NCBI RefSeq assembly: GCF_006345805.1
Contig: NC_043023.1
Coordinates: 11,904,001 to 11,968,000 of the forward strand
Length of the DNA: 64,000 bases
DNA from: Octopus sinensis
Taxonomy: Eukaryota
Reading direction: 5' to 3'
The translations under genes were made by a program, and so were the position numbers. Positions 11,091-24,814 of this stretch are shown here, in pieces (within the stretch, counting starts at the first letter, position 1; each line of letters opens with the position of its first letter). The notes under the pieces were generated by a model. It had not been told where the DNA came from. It saw nothing but the letters and a program-made list of their open reading frames with translations, and ran no database searches.

Positions 11091-12338
11091 TGTAAGTTAT
11101 CGCATCAATCTTTTGTTATTTACAAAATAATGTTATCAATTTTTTCTTTTTAAATTGCCTCAAAATACACTTAAAAATATAATACAGACTTTTTAAAGCA
11201 TGGATTGTATAGGATATCTAGACGAAATTATATTTTATTAATGGGAATTATAAAAACAAGATACGAAACTAGACATGAAAGAAAGGAAACGAACCTTCGG
11301 TACCTGGTGAAAAGATTAGAAACAAGATTATTTGGAATAGATTAAAAAACATTTAAATCAAATTTACAGAAGTTAAGTTTATCCTAAAATTCCACTGAAG
11401 CATCTGAGATAGTTGATCATTTTTAATATTATGATTCTCTGGTAATTTTAAATTTGGTAAAATGGAAAATTTTCATCATTATACTTAATAGTAGATATGG
11501 ATTTTGATACATCTCAAATTTCGTCAGATTATTATTTAAGAAGGAAAGAATGCTGTTTTGAAATGCTGAAGATTATTTTCTAGAAATGAATAATAAAGTT
11601 ACGAGCTAAAAGTTATGTTATTTTAGCCAATCCTAAATCCTAAATCGGCAGCATATTTCATTAAGCAACCGTAATATATCATAACGTATATTAAATGTTC
11701 TTATAAGCCAACACCACGTTCTACGGCATTAGCAGTGATCTTTACAATATTATGTTATCTGAAGTTTTATTATTTACATCTGTCTTCTCGATGCCAAACG
11801 TTGTAGCTAAAAATCAATGCTGGCTAGAATTTCTGTAGAAATATTCTTAACAGAATCTTGTTGCCCATATACTTTATTTCGCTTTCTCTTCGACACTCTC
11901 CTCTAAATTTTTGATACCCATTATAAATTAATATCGGCATTAGATTTTTGCTCAAGGCCAGCAATTTCGGAAGAAAGGAATGAGTCTGTAGCAGGATCTA
12001 GATACTGCAATGATCTCCATTGCAAGAAAGATGATAGAGCAACCTCCCTTTCTTAGTCTTCTCTAAGCATCAATGTTATGAGACCTGATTCTTAATCATT
12101 CAAAAAGCTTGGCATTTCTCTTGGAAGTTTCTAGAACGTCCAGCATTTCATTAATAAAAACAGCTGGCTAACCCAGCTTTTTGCTTCTTAATCGATCAGA
12201 CTTATACCCATTCATGTCATTGCTATGTCCCTCTATTTCTCTACACCACGATTGAAAACCATCACAAGATCAGAACCTCACTTTACTTTAGTTCAGTCTG
12301 TTGAATGTTGATGTCAGACACACACACACACACACACA

Positions 12339-14124
12339 TCTATATCTATAAAGATGAGAATGTGCGTCTGTCTGTCAGCGTGAATCCCTAAAACTTGAGA
12401 ACTACACAACCAATTTCATTCAAATTTTACACATACCTTACTTAGGGTCCATGTAGTGTCTTGTGCAAACAAATTTTTAACCTCTCTCCTAGGCCGAGCC
12501 CACAGCAATATCATATCTTCTCTATTTCAGTATTACATGACAAGTGAAATAAAAGCATCTCTCAACTGTAATGCCAGATGTTTTCACTTTAATACTGAAA
12601 CTATTATCTCACATATATACAGGCATACATATATACTTACATATATATAATATATATATATTATGTGTTTATATATATATATATATTTATATGTTTACAT
12701 ATATATTATGTCAGGTCACTTTTGAGTGCTACTGGTAACATGTAACCCAGTACAACCTGTTGCATGGTCGGGTCATCAGCGACTAAACTAGCAACCCTGC
12801 CAAGCTTGCTTGGTGAGGAGGGTGTTTATTGGACACCATGTGGGATGAAAAGCAAAACCCATGAAAGGGCAGAGGGACTCTTGAGAGTCAACGGCCATCC
12901 AATAAATGTCCTAAGGCTGTCTTATGCACGGGGACATAGAAATAATTGGACTGAATACCCGATTGCGCGGTTAAACCATTGGGAGTGGAGGACTCCTAGC
13001 CTTGGTTGGGGCACCCTTCTAGGAGAATGTAACACAGGTAACTGGGATAACTCCGGCATAAAACCTGCAGCTCAGTGGTTACCGATGATGTTGACTTGTT
13101 CTTTTTGGATTTTGGCTGCTGTTGCTTAGTGAGTGGGATTGACTCAGTGCACAGCCTTTCCTCACTCTTAAAAGAAATCTTGTCCAGGCATTGCATGATA
13201 ACAACATTGATTAAGCTTCGTGCAATGGCCATACTCGATAACAAGGGGGCAGCCACCATAAGTATACATCTGCACAAATGTATATATATATTTCTATAGA
13301 TATAGATATATATGTATACTTGTATATGTGAAGAAGTGTATATATATATATATTATCTTCTTTCTTTATGCCTTTAACCCTCCAACGCAGAGTATAGGCC
13401 ACTTATAGTTGAATTCCATGTCGCATAATTTTTGGCTTCTGTACTTATACTCAGCCATGAATGTCCCCCTTTCTCTAGTTCCATTTGTGTTGATCTCCAC
13501 CACTAGTTCTTAGGCCTACCTTTCTTTCTATATCCATCCGGTTTCCACTGTAAAGCACTTTTCGCTACATGTGGTGTGTCTTTTCTAATTGTGCTACCAA
13601 TCCACTTCCACTTTTTCTTAAATATTTGCTCCCTAATCAAAACTTGATTTGTTCTTTGCCATAGCTCCACTTTGCTTATGTATTCGGTCCATCTAATTTT
13701 ATGTATACTACGCAAGCATCTGTTGATGAATGGTTGTATTTGCTTATTTGACTTTCCGGTTGTTCGCCATGTCTCAGCCCCATACAATAACATCACTTTT
13801 AGATATAAGACCCAAGTTAAAAACATTCTCAAGGATTTCAACCTCTCGGCCAGACATTAAAACATACACACACAATACGGGCCTTAACTCACACATTTTA
13901 GAGCCCCATGGCCTCCAGTTTTCAGGAGCAAAATCCTTTTAACAGGTTCTATAAGACTGGAATTTTGGAACCTGAGCATAAAAATCAGTAGTATGGGATA
14001 CATGTGTCATGATTACAATTTCTGCAATTTTGATGAAATTCGAATCATAGGTATTCCAGTTCATAACAGAAAAGTCTAATTCTTCAATTGCATGTAACAC
14101 GGGCAACGCAGGGTATCTCTGCTA

Positions 14125-14125
<1 letters not shown>
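12339..14125 (+). mobile_element. Non-autonomous Helitron with nested insertions
   Basis: A|TCTATATCTATAAAG 5' end; GGGCAACGCAGGG degenerate hairpin followed by CTAG|T at the 3' end; AT target site. Confidence 0.6.
13400..13845 (-). mobile_element. RTE-type LINE C-terminal fragment
   Basis: ORF contains LLYGAETW...KWKWIG...KGRPKN. Confidence 0.75.
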
Positions 14126-14164
<39 letters not shown>

Positions 14165-14362
14165 TTTGGGTATTATTAATAAGTTAGAAAATAGTGACAT
14201 CTATTGGATATAAATTATTTTATGAATTATTTAATATCATCACCTCCAATTGTTTCATTTCATAATCAAAATTAAAATTACAAAACATTTTTTAATTCAA
14301 TAATTATAATAATAATCATGAATAATGATTTACAACATGTAAGAGTAAGATTATATAATGAA

Positions 14363-15105
14363 CCAGCAGAGGCACCCAGCATTGACTGGCAATGAAATTT
14401 TTCCTCACATATCGGAAGAAATAAAGCAAAATAGGTTGCAAAGAAATTTGTTACTGTAATTTCAGTTTATTCTTCAATTGGGATATAATTTATTCTTTAA
14501 TTGGGAATTCAATTCTGAATTCATTAGAAAATAACAATAATAATAATGATAAAACAAAAAACAAAATTGACCACTTTTATGAAAGGAGTGAAATTCTATG
14601 ACATATGTTGAAGGAAATTATCTAAGAGCTTCTGGGTAAACAACATTCTTTTGTTTTCTGGTTTGGACCATAGATAATTAAGTCTTGCAAATTACCTGCC
14701 CTGGAGCAAGCAACAAGGTTGACCATGAGAAAAGCAAACCAGTAGATTTCAAAGACTGACCTTGACCTTTATGAACGGACAGTGCAAAGTAGTACTGGGA
14801 TTGTTCGTTTGAACAGAAAGGGCATGTCTGTTGGTTTGGTTGTAATTCTTGGAATGAAAACCTCTTCCCCAGAGGCACATCCAGTGATGATGGTAGCTTC
14901 TCTTACATCAGGTGATAATGTCTTCACAGTCAACCTTGTCCGATCGCATAATTTAAGAGGATCTAAATTTCTGGGAAGCATTATTGGGACTCCTATCTTC
15001 AGAAAAAGTTTCTGTGGTGGAATTCCAGGTGGCTCCAGAGAATTAATGAACTCAGTTGGGTAATGGACAGCTTGGAGACGAAAATGATGATGTGTCAAGG
15101 ATGTG
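14363..15105 (-). mobile_element. Helitron 3' part (helicase C-terminus, 3' UTR, hairpin and CTGG terminus) fused to the ZNF C array
   Basis: Motifs YPTEF, RNLDP.KLC, FIPRI, FALSVHKGQGQSL, CFSHGQ, VACSR and NVVYPEAL* (stop 14624-14622, with small frameshifts). Terminus CCAG-TCAATG-CTGG hairpin then CTGCTGG|T at 14363. Confidence 0.85.
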
Positions 15106-15362
15106 TTTCCTCTCCTGTATGGATGAGTTTGTGTTTAGTTAAAGTATCATTCAGAGCAAATGATCTACCACAGATATCACACTGATATGGTTTCTCACCT
15201 GTATGCAAACGTACGTGAGTAGCTAAGCTACCTTTTTGAGTGAACGACTTTCCACAGACATCACAGTGATATGATTTCTTACCTGTATGCAAACTTTTGT
15301 GAGCAGTTAAGCTACCTTTTTCAGTGAATGACTTTCCACAGATATCACAGCTATAAGGTTTC

Positions 15363-17603
15363 TCACCTGCATTTATGCGTTTTTAAGGTACTATTTACTG
15401 CAAATGACTTGCCACAGTCAGCACAGTGATATGGTTTCTCTCCTGTGTGAATGCGAGTGTGTCTAGTCAAGTCATTACTTACAGAGAATGATTTACCACA
15501 GATATTACAGTGATATGGTTTCTCTCCTGTATGCAAACGTTTGTGAGTAGTTAAGCTACCTGCTTGAGTGAATGACTTTCCACAGATATTACAGTGATAT
15601 GGTTTCTCTCCTGTGTGAATGCGAGTGTGTTTAGTTAAGCCATCACTTACAGAGAATGATTTACCACATATATCGCAATGATAGGGTTTCTCTCCTGTAT
15701 GAATACGTTTATGATGAATTACATCATTCATATGAGAGAATGTTTTACCACAAATATCACAGTGATATGGTTTTTCGCCTGTGTGAATGCGTTTATGTGC
15801 TGTGAAGGTACTATTTACTGCAAAGGACTTACCACAGATATTACAGTGGTATGGTTTCTCACCTGTATGCAAACGTATGTGAGTAGTTAAGCTACCTTTA
15901 TGATTGAACGATTTACCACAGACATCACAGTGATATGGTTTCTTACCTGTATGCAAACGTTTGTGAGCAGTTAAGCTACCTTTTTCAGTGAATGACTTTC
16001 CACAGATATCACAGCTATAAGGTTTCTCACCTGTATGCAAACGTATGTGAGCAGTCAAGTTACCTTTTTGAGTGAATGACTTTCCACAGATATCACAGTG
16101 ATATGGTTTCTCTCCTGCGTGAATGCGTTTGTGTTTAGTTAAGCTACCTTTTAGAGCAAATGACATACCACAGATATCACATTGATATGGCTTCTCTCCT
16201 GTATGAATACGAGTGTGTGTAGTTAAGTCTTTACTTCCAGGGAATGATTTACCACAGATATCACAGTGATATGGCTTCTCACCCGTATGAAGACGTTTGT
16301 GAATAGTTAAGCTACCTTTTTGAGAGAATGACTTACCACAGATATCACAGCGATATGGTTTATCACCTGTATGAATGCGTTTGTGAATACTTAGTACTAA
16401 GTTTCGAGCAAATGACCTACCACAGATATCACAGTGATAAGGCTTCTCTCCTGTATGAATACGTTTATGATGAATAAAATCATTCATCTGAGAGTATGTT
16501 TTACCACAAATATCACAGTGATATGGTTCTTCGCCTGTGTGAATGCGTTTATGAGCTGTGAAGGTACTATTTACTGCAAAGGACTTACCACAGATATTAC
16601 AGTGGTATGGTTTCTTACCTGTATGAATATGTGCATGAGTAGTTAAGTGAACTTTTTGAGAGAATGATTTACCACAGATATCACAGTGATATGGTTTCTC
16701 ACCTGTGTGAATGCGTTTGTGTGTAGTTAAGTTACTAAATCCAGGGAATGTTTTACCACAAATATCACAGCGATATTCTTTTTCTCCTGTGTGACTGCAT
16801 TTATGAGTTTTTAAGGTACTATTTGCTGTAAATGACTTGCCACAGTCAGCACAGTGATATGGTTTCTCTCCTGTGTGAATGCGAGTGTGTCTAGTTAAGT
16901 CATTACTTACAGAGAATGATTTACCACAGATATTACAGTGATATGGTTTCTCTCCTGTATGCAAACGTTTGTGAGTAGTTAAGCTACCTGTTTGAGTGAA
17001 TGACTTTCCACAGATATTACAGTGATATGGTTTCTCTCCTGTGTGAATGCGAGTGTGTTTAGTTAAGCCATCACTTACAGAGAATGATTTACCACATATA
17101 TCGCAATGATAGGGTTTCTCTCCTGTATGAATACGTTTATGATGAATTACATCATTCATCTGAGAGAATGTTTTACCACAAATATCACAGTGATATGGTT
17201 TTTCGCCTGTGTGAATGCGTTTATGTGCTGTGAAGGTACTATTTACTGCAAAGGACTTACCACAGATATCACAGTGATATGGTTTCTCACCTGTATGAAT
17301 ACGTGTGTGAGTAGTTAAGTTACATTTTTGAGAGAATGATTTACCACAGATATCACAGCGATATGGTTTCTCACCTGTATGAGAGTATTTATGGTGAGTT
17401 AAGTTACCTTTGTGAGAGAATGATTTACCACAGATATCACAGTGATATGGTTTCTCTCCAGTAGAAATGCATTTATGAGTAGTTAGGTTCCCTCTCCGAG
17501 AGAAAGACTTTTTGCAGATATCACAACAGTACGATAATTTTCCTCCTTCTTTTGTCATCTCTTCAGGAAATAAGCCATCCTCTACATTTCTCACATAACT
17601 CAT
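15363..17603 (-). CDS. C2H2 zinc-finger protein C (25 complete fingers plus a truncated 26th; 3 more fingers out of frame to 15095)
   Basis: 746-aa ORF. An 8-nt deletion near 15368 gives HKCR*. Paralog of B with near-identical flanks (9204-9790 vs 17604-18170). Acceptor ends at 17953. Confidence 0.85.
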   Translation of the reverse strand: MSYVRNVEDGLFPEEMTKEGGKLSYCCDICKKSFSRRGNLTTHKCISTGEKPYHCDICGKSFSHKGNLTHHKYSHTGEKPYRCDICGKSFSQKCNLTTHTRIHTGEKPYHCDICGKSFAVNSTFTAHKRIHTGEKPYHCDICGKTFSQMNDVIHHKRIHTGEKPYHCDICGKSFSVSDGLTKHTRIHTGEKPYHCNICGKSFTQTGSLTTHKRLHTGEKPYHCNICGKSFSVSNDLTRHTRIHTGEKPYHCADCGKSFTANSTLKTHKCSHTGEKEYRCDICGKTFPGFSNLTTHKRIHTGEKPYHCDICGKSFSQKVHLTTHAHIHTGKKPYHCNICGKSFAVNSTFTAHKRIHTGEEPYHCDICGKTYSQMNDFIHHKRIHTGEKPYHCDICGRSFARNLVLSIHKRIHTGDKPYRCDICGKSFSQKGSLTIHKRLHTGEKPYHCDICGKSFPGSKDLTTHTRIHTGEKPYQCDICGMSFALKGSLTKHKRIHAGEKPYHCDICGKSFTQKGNLTAHIRLHTGEKPYSCDICGKSFTEKGSLTAHKRLHTGKKPYHCDVCGKSFNHKGSLTTHIRLHTGEKPYHCNICGKSFAVNSTFTAHKRIHTGEKPYHCDICGKTFSHMNDVIHHKRIHTGEKPYHCDICGKSFSVSDGLTKHTRIHTGEKPYHCNICGKSFTQAGSLTTHKRLHTGEKPYHCNICGKSFSVSNDLTRHTRIHTGEKPYHCADCGKSFAVNSTLKTHKCR

Positions 17604-19600
17604 TGTTCTACAATGTTTCTGATACTACCACAATAAATAAATATTTTTCTTGTGTTTCTTCTTATATATATATGTTTCTGTTGACTTCAGTATCCGAAGG
17701 CCATAAATTTCCTTGTAAATGTATCCATGTTTAATTAGAATGTGAAATGTAAATATTTCAGGCAGTGAGGAAGTGAAATATCTATCAATCTCAGACAAGA
17801 ACACAGTATTTCAGTTATTGATTCACAGATATATTATATAAACATGTTTATATCTATTATTTATCACATCTTCCTTTAAGTCTTTCAAAGTTTATTAATA
17901 TTCTTGATGTATCTCTAGTAAAAATCCATCCATGCCACAGATGTCTGATATTCTGAAATGATATAGAAATAATATACAATAGAGAAAATAGTTAAAAAGG
18001 AGAGATTCAATAATAGAATTGTTAGTATGTATTTATAAGGATAAACTGTGGAAATAAATTTTTAGCTAAAGGGTTACTTTCCATTGTTATTAAAAGTGGA
18101 TCTATTCCATCTCAATCACAAAGTAAACAAAAAAATTTTAACTAAACAGTTTGAAACTTCAAATACTGGTAGAATTTCTTTGAACGTTTTTGACAAAATT
18201 TCCTTTTTTAGAAGTTATTTCATGTTAAAGTTGTCGTATTTGGGTAATTTCAACCAATCAACGATGTGTATTCGGTTGAAGGGAGCTACAACTTCCGGGT
18301 AATCTCTACTAAACGTCACCACTCTGCTGTATTCATCACGTATTCCATACTAATGAGCAATGTATATCCCTTACTCCTTCCCTCCCTTATACACTATCAA
18401 CCAGCATCCAGTGAGCGAATTTGTCACTGCCACCACAGTTACCCTATTATCCGGTGTATAAGCCGCTATTTGTTTCGTTTTACCTTCATGTTTTGATAAT
18501 GTTATTTTTAATCTAAGAAAGACTTTTATATTTATTTCTTTATTGCCATCAGGGAGCTAAACATTGAGGGGACAGACAAGGACTAAGGCATTAAGTCGAC
18601 TACATTAACCCCAATTGTATAGGCTCATAAGGGACATGTTTGGATAGGGTTGCTAGATTAGAAAACCATATATACGGGACACTTTTAAAATCTCTATCTC
18701 TATATATATAAATTTATACATGCCTACACACGCAATATATTATATAAAAGCAGAGAGATAAGTTAAAAACATAATGAAATTATTTAAATGGGTTATGAGG
18801 TCAAAATTATTTAATACAAGCTAAAAAAAATTGGTGCAGCATCATTCATTTTTCTCTAGCAGAGATAAATAAATACTTGCCCAGGTAGAGTTGTAGAAAG
18901 ATTGAAGGAATACTAGGCTATTAAAAATCGCAGGAAACGTACCATGTTTTTTGTGTATGTGTGCATGTATGCTGTGAACAGAATTTTCTTTATGGTGTAT
19001 CATGTAATGCTGAGAACCCAATGTTTGTATATCTTTCTAAGCCGTCCAAGAATCACTATACATAACTGAGCCAGGTTTGATGTATTTTTGAATTAGTGGA
19101 AGCAATGTCGCTTTGTCACGCTTCTGACCAGTCACAGCAACAACAAAACGACGTTTGCTAATCCGCTCAATTCCAGCGAACAACCAAACATAAACACTTA
19201 AATTAGAATATACAATCTATAAATGGAATTAATTGATTATATGTATGAGAGCAATCAAGACGATTGCAACGGGAAAAAACATTCAAACTATTAACGTGGA
19301 TCATTTTGTCAGAAAAAAAAGCAGAGATATGTAGCAAGTGATAATTTAAGATAAAACAATAGACGGCTTTGAATGAGGACAATTAGCAAATGGAATATTT
19401 ACTGTAATAAAAGAAATTTAAAATTTGGTGCTTTTTCGTGGCAATACCAAATAAAATACAATTTAGATTTTATTCGCCTAATTAAAGAAGTTTACCGGAG
19501 TACAGAATTTATATCGATGTCAGACTAGCAATATTCAAAGCTTTCAATGTCAACAAGCCGGGTTCATTGGCTTTTATTAAAGAAATGTGTTATATCTTAC

Positions 19601-19740
19601 CTCGTATCATAAATAAATCCAGTTTAATGTGAATTAACGTTAATTACTCGAAGGAGTGGATATCGCGGGAAATATAAGTTAAGGACACTTCAGAAAAGCG
19701 ACACGGAAAGTTAACGAAACGAACTAAATATCCGACCGTT
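19601..19740 (-). other. Candidate non-coding exon 1 of ZNF C
   Basis: Minus-strand donor GAG|GTAAGA (intron starts at 19600). Similar to 10951-11090. Confidence 0.4.
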
Positions 19741-21659
19741 GTAAAACCTATATTATTCCACCATTGTCTGATGCTAAAACTCAAGTGGTAAATTTTATGA
19801 TTTTTATTGCTATAATTACTTTCTGAAAATGTGAATTGTAATAAAAAAAACCAATCTGAATGATGACAAAAGATAGAAAACTAGAAACTGACTGCTTCTT
19901 TTCATGTCTGTTGCTTCTTTTACGCTATCCTGTTACCGAACTCCCAAAGCGTCAGGTACGGAAAGAAACCAACAAAACTTGTCAGGCAGTGATGATGGAG
20001 CGAGGTGGGATGGAGACGCGTGTGTGTTTCTCCTATAAGTGTTCGAAAACCATTGTTAGTTTGTTTACATTCCTGCAACGAAAGTCTCCAACACTATAAC
20101 TACCAAATGAAAAATAAGTTCTGCTGTTCCATTCCTGAACGGAACCTTCGAGCTGATACTTCGGGATGGTCGCAGTTTAATTAAAAGTGATACAAACATG
20201 TTTGTCTGTACTTAAGAATGTCCGTGTTTATTTATCTATGTACGTACACGTCCAACCATCCATCCATTCGTCTTTCCTTCCTGCTTTCTCCTTCCCTCCC
20301 TCATATTCCTCATCAATACATGTTAACTTTGCTATTGTTTCCACAGCTGGATGCCCTTCCTAGCGCTAACAACTTCGCAGTGTGCACTGGGTGCTTGTTT
20401 CTTACTACCAGCACTAGTGAGGGGTTGCCAAGTAACTTGTAAGATATGAAAAAATAAGACAAAAAAGCAGTTCACTTCGTTAAGTGGGAGGAGAGAGTTT
20501 AATAAAGGGCCTGGGATGTGATTTTGCACCAAGGAAGAAATGTTTTGCTATAGAGAAGATACATAGTTAACATACTTTTACCTAAGAGTGGGTGGGAGTA
20601 TCTGGGATGAAAATAAGATGTTGGTGACAAGATGCAAGGAAAAATCCCACAAAGTAAGAGACGATGTATGGAAGGTGTCAAGAGGTTGGGGATGGAGTTA
20701 TATGTGTGTGTGGGTGTCATCAGAAGTATGTCTCACTTCTAGCTACTGAAAGTAAAATTTATATATATATATATATGTTTGTGTGTGTGTGTAAACATTG
20801 GGCACTAATTTATTAAAGTTATTGAGTTGATGTCCAGTCATAGAGTGACCAAATGTTTTGCATCTACAAATGCTTTGTGAATGCAGAACCATTGATCACT
20901 CTATAATCTGACATTAAATTGATTACTTTTATATGTATGTATATGTATATATATATATAAGAATTTTTTGCGTAATGAGATAAAAAAAAAACCATAGTGT
21001 ATAAATTCTGTACTTGGAATGATCACTTTTAAATACTGTTGAATCTAACTCATAAGGTATTGGAATCTTACATTGTGTATAAACTTTAAACTTCGAATAA
21101 ACAATTTTAAATACTGCTGGATTTTTCTCACAAAGTATTGGAATCTTACATATCTACCATTCTGCCTAAAAAATGGATCTACAAATTCAATACCCCTACA
21201 TATCTCACATCTATTTTCTTTCCTCCACCTCACTCTCTATTTTGTATCCTATCTAAATTAACTATTAATTAAAAATCATCTCCAATGAAGGGATATAATT
21301 AATAAATATCCTGGAAACAGGTGTAAGACCTTCTATCTATAAATGTTCTAATATCTACACAGCCTTGGTTCTTTATAACATTTCACAAAAAATTCTTATT
21401 TACACACACTGACAGATGACCAATGTTGAACCCCTTATTCCTAAAATCTCCGAACCTGGAACTTAACTATGGTCAGTCTATGGCACTTATTCAGCATTAC
21501 CTGACGACTTTGAGTCTCAATGACACCATTACCTCTTAGATCCTATATATATATATATATATATATAATAGAAGTATTGGGGGTGATGTACAGATTTAAT
21601 ATATATGAAAGAAAAAAGATGTTCAGAATGCTGGATGGTTGTAAAAATATATATTCATA

Positions 21660-21975
21660 CATATCAACGTGATCACCGTGTCCGACCAGGCTATCAGATG
21701 TTGCTACACATCGCTGGTCACAATGTGTTTCGCATTGTTTTAGCCTTTAAATGATGCCACCCCGCTGGCTAAGTGAGCAGGCCAACAGAAGAAAGAGTGA
21801 GAGAAAGTTGCAGCGAAAGAGTACAGCAGGGATTGCCACCACCCCCTACCGGAGCCTCGTGGAGCTTTAGGTGTTTTCGCTCAATAAACACTCACAATGC
21901 CTAGTCTAGGAATCAAAACCGTGATCCTATGACCGCGAGTCCGCTGCCCTAACCACTGGGCCATTGCACCTCCAC
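21660..21975 (-). mobile_element. SINE family 3 (tRNA-like head)
   Basis: Reverse complement of 46529-46830, with A/B-box-like head. Confidence 0.75.
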
Positions 21976-22784
21976 ATTTATTTATATATCACATATTATT
22001 ACTTCATATTAACGCTTTCAACTACTCCTGTAGTTTCATCAGAAATGTCAGTTTTAAAAGCTTTGCCTGTTTTTATATTATTGGTAAATGAAGTGGGGAG
22101 AGAGAGAGTGTGTGTGTGTATATAATGGGGAATAGAGGGAGGGAGAAGGTGAAAGAGAGAGAATATGGGTGTGTGTGTTTTAAAACTGTATTTTTCTCTT
22201 TTTTCTTTTTTTGGGTCTTTCTGCATTTTTTGGATGACCGTTGTAAGAAATGGAAAGAGAGAAGGAAAAAGAGGGTGTTTTTCAATAGTAGGTGTGTTGC
22301 TATGTACCTGGATCTTTCCTTCTATGTTTCCGATGAAGAGTTCCGCTTGAAACGTTAAACCCTCCTTCTTTCCTGAGCGTCCAATAATACTATATTTGTT
22401 CCACGTCATCGTGTTGTGTTTTTTTATGCTTTCTTGTTTGGATTAACTTATAAACATATATATATATATATCCACATACACTCACATATATATACACACA
22501 TATGGAGGAACCTATTGTGTGTGTACATTTTCATAAACATTCATTCATACTTATACTGTGTGTTCTTGAAAATGAGAAAGAAAGAAAGGGAAAAAAATAA
22601 AAATATAAAGAAAATGTGGCCATTCTTCACTTGGCACTCCCTTGGGTTTCTAAAAGAACAGGTGGTTGACCATTCAATGTTTGACATACTTATATATACA
22701 CCTAAACACATATCAATATGTGTACATACATACACGCGCACACACATATTGAAACCGCGATCCGATCCGACTGTGAGTCCGTTG

Positions 22785-23110
22785 CCCGAACCACTTGGCC
22801 ATTCTTGGCTTAGTGGTCAGGACAGTCAGATCATGATCGTAAGGTCATGAGTTCAATTCCTGGCGATGTGCTGTATCCTTGAGCAAGACACTTTATTTCA
22901 CGTTGCTCCAGTCCACTCAGCTGGCAAAAATGAGTTGTACCAGCAATTCAAAGGGCCAGGCTTGTCACACTGAATCTCCCTGAGAATTATGTAAAGGGGT
23001 CCATGTGTCTGTGGAGTACTCAGCCACTTGCATGGAATCTAACAAGCAAAGCAGGCTGTTCCATTGATCGGATCAGCTGGGACCCCCGTCGTCGTAACTG
23101 ACAGAGTGCT
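22785..23110 (+). mobile_element. tRNA-headed SINE with the 3' body seen at 59160-59450
   Basis: TGGCTTAGTGG A-box-like and GAGTTCAATTCC B-box-like head, and a shared body. Confidence 0.6.
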
Positions 23111-23122
23111 CCTTTTTATATA

Positions 23123-23510
23123 GGTGCAGGAGTGGCTGTGTGGTAAGTAGCTTGTTTACCAACCACATGGTTCTGGGTTCAGTCCCATTGTGTGGGACCT
23201 TGGACAAGTGCCTTCTACTATAGCGTCGGGCCGACCAAAGCCTTGTGAGTGGATTTGGTAGACGGAAACTGAAAAGAAGCCCGTCGTATATATGTATATA
23301 TATATATGCGTTTGTGTGTCTGTGTTTGTTCCCCTAGCGTTGCTTGACAACTGATGCTGGTGTGTTTATGTCCCCGTTACCTAGCAGTTCGGCAAAAGAG
23401 ACCGATAGAATAAGTACTGGGATTACAAAAGAATAAGTCCCGGGGTCGAGTTGCTCGATTAAAGGCGGTGCTCCAGCATGGCCACAGTCAAATGACTTAA
23501 ACAAGTAAAC
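23123..23510 (+). mobile_element. SINE family 2, near full length
   Basis: GGTGCAGGAGTGGCTGTGTGG head. Further copies at 26590-26720, 36170-36325, 48355-48520 and 62860-63385. Confidence 0.8.
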
Positions 23511-24419
23511 ATATATACACACACACATGCATATATACATACACACACACATATATATAGATATACCAATGCACATATACATATGCATACATGCGCACAC
23601 ACACATATATACATATACAGACACACGCACACAAATATACTCACACACGCACATACACATATACATATATATACACACACATAATACACACATATCCATG
23701 CACACACACACACACAGCTAATGATGTAACATAAGTGCATTGTGTATAAAACTTGTTCAATCATATTCTCCCGGCAGCCATCTTCTCTATTAAACTGTTA
23801 AATTGACCTCTGCAAAGGTCAACTTTGTCATGTCATCATCAATGAGTTGATCTTTCTGCAAAACGAACTCCACCAGCCCTGCACCTGCTCCTGCCCCACC
23901 CTTGCTCCCTTTCAAAAAACCCCAAAATATCAACATAAACAAGAAAAATTTCAAATTATTTTGCTAACCATGGTGCTGATACTGTTGCTGCTGCTGCTGC
24001 TGTTATTGTATTTGCTGTTGCTGCTGCTACTGTTGTTGTTGTTGTTGTCTATTCTGCACTTGACACAGTTAGTCCTTAATGCTTGTTCTTAGGCTGCACA
24101 GATAACTGTGCTTATATCTCTATCTTCTGTTGCATTGTTAATTTAAATTTGGCTGTGGTGAATCGAATCTACTTCATGCTTGCCAAATCCACTACATATG
24201 TGTATATATATAATATATTACATGTGCATAAACATACATTCACAAATGAAAACCGAAACACATCCTCACTAATTATATACTATTTATTTATTAATAATTT
24301 CGTACTTTATTTAGTTCTAGGTAAATGTTTTATCATATCTTTAATTTTTTTCTTTATGGTATGATTTAAGTATATAATTGTTGAATTGCTACATGGTGGT
24401 TCTTCTCTAATTTATATAC

Positions 24420-24797
<378 letters not shown>

Positions 24798-24814
24798 GAA
24801 ATCTGCAACACTAA

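Noticed and set aside
12710-13090. 121-aa ORF inside the Helitron
   Set aside because: No recognisable domain. It looks like a LINE 5' UTR-type insertion, but this could not be supported well enough to call.
23847-24092. Poly-Leu ORF resembling a signal peptide for the Ig-like gene
   Set aside because: It derives from a (CTG/TTG)n microsatellite and has no suitable splice donor.
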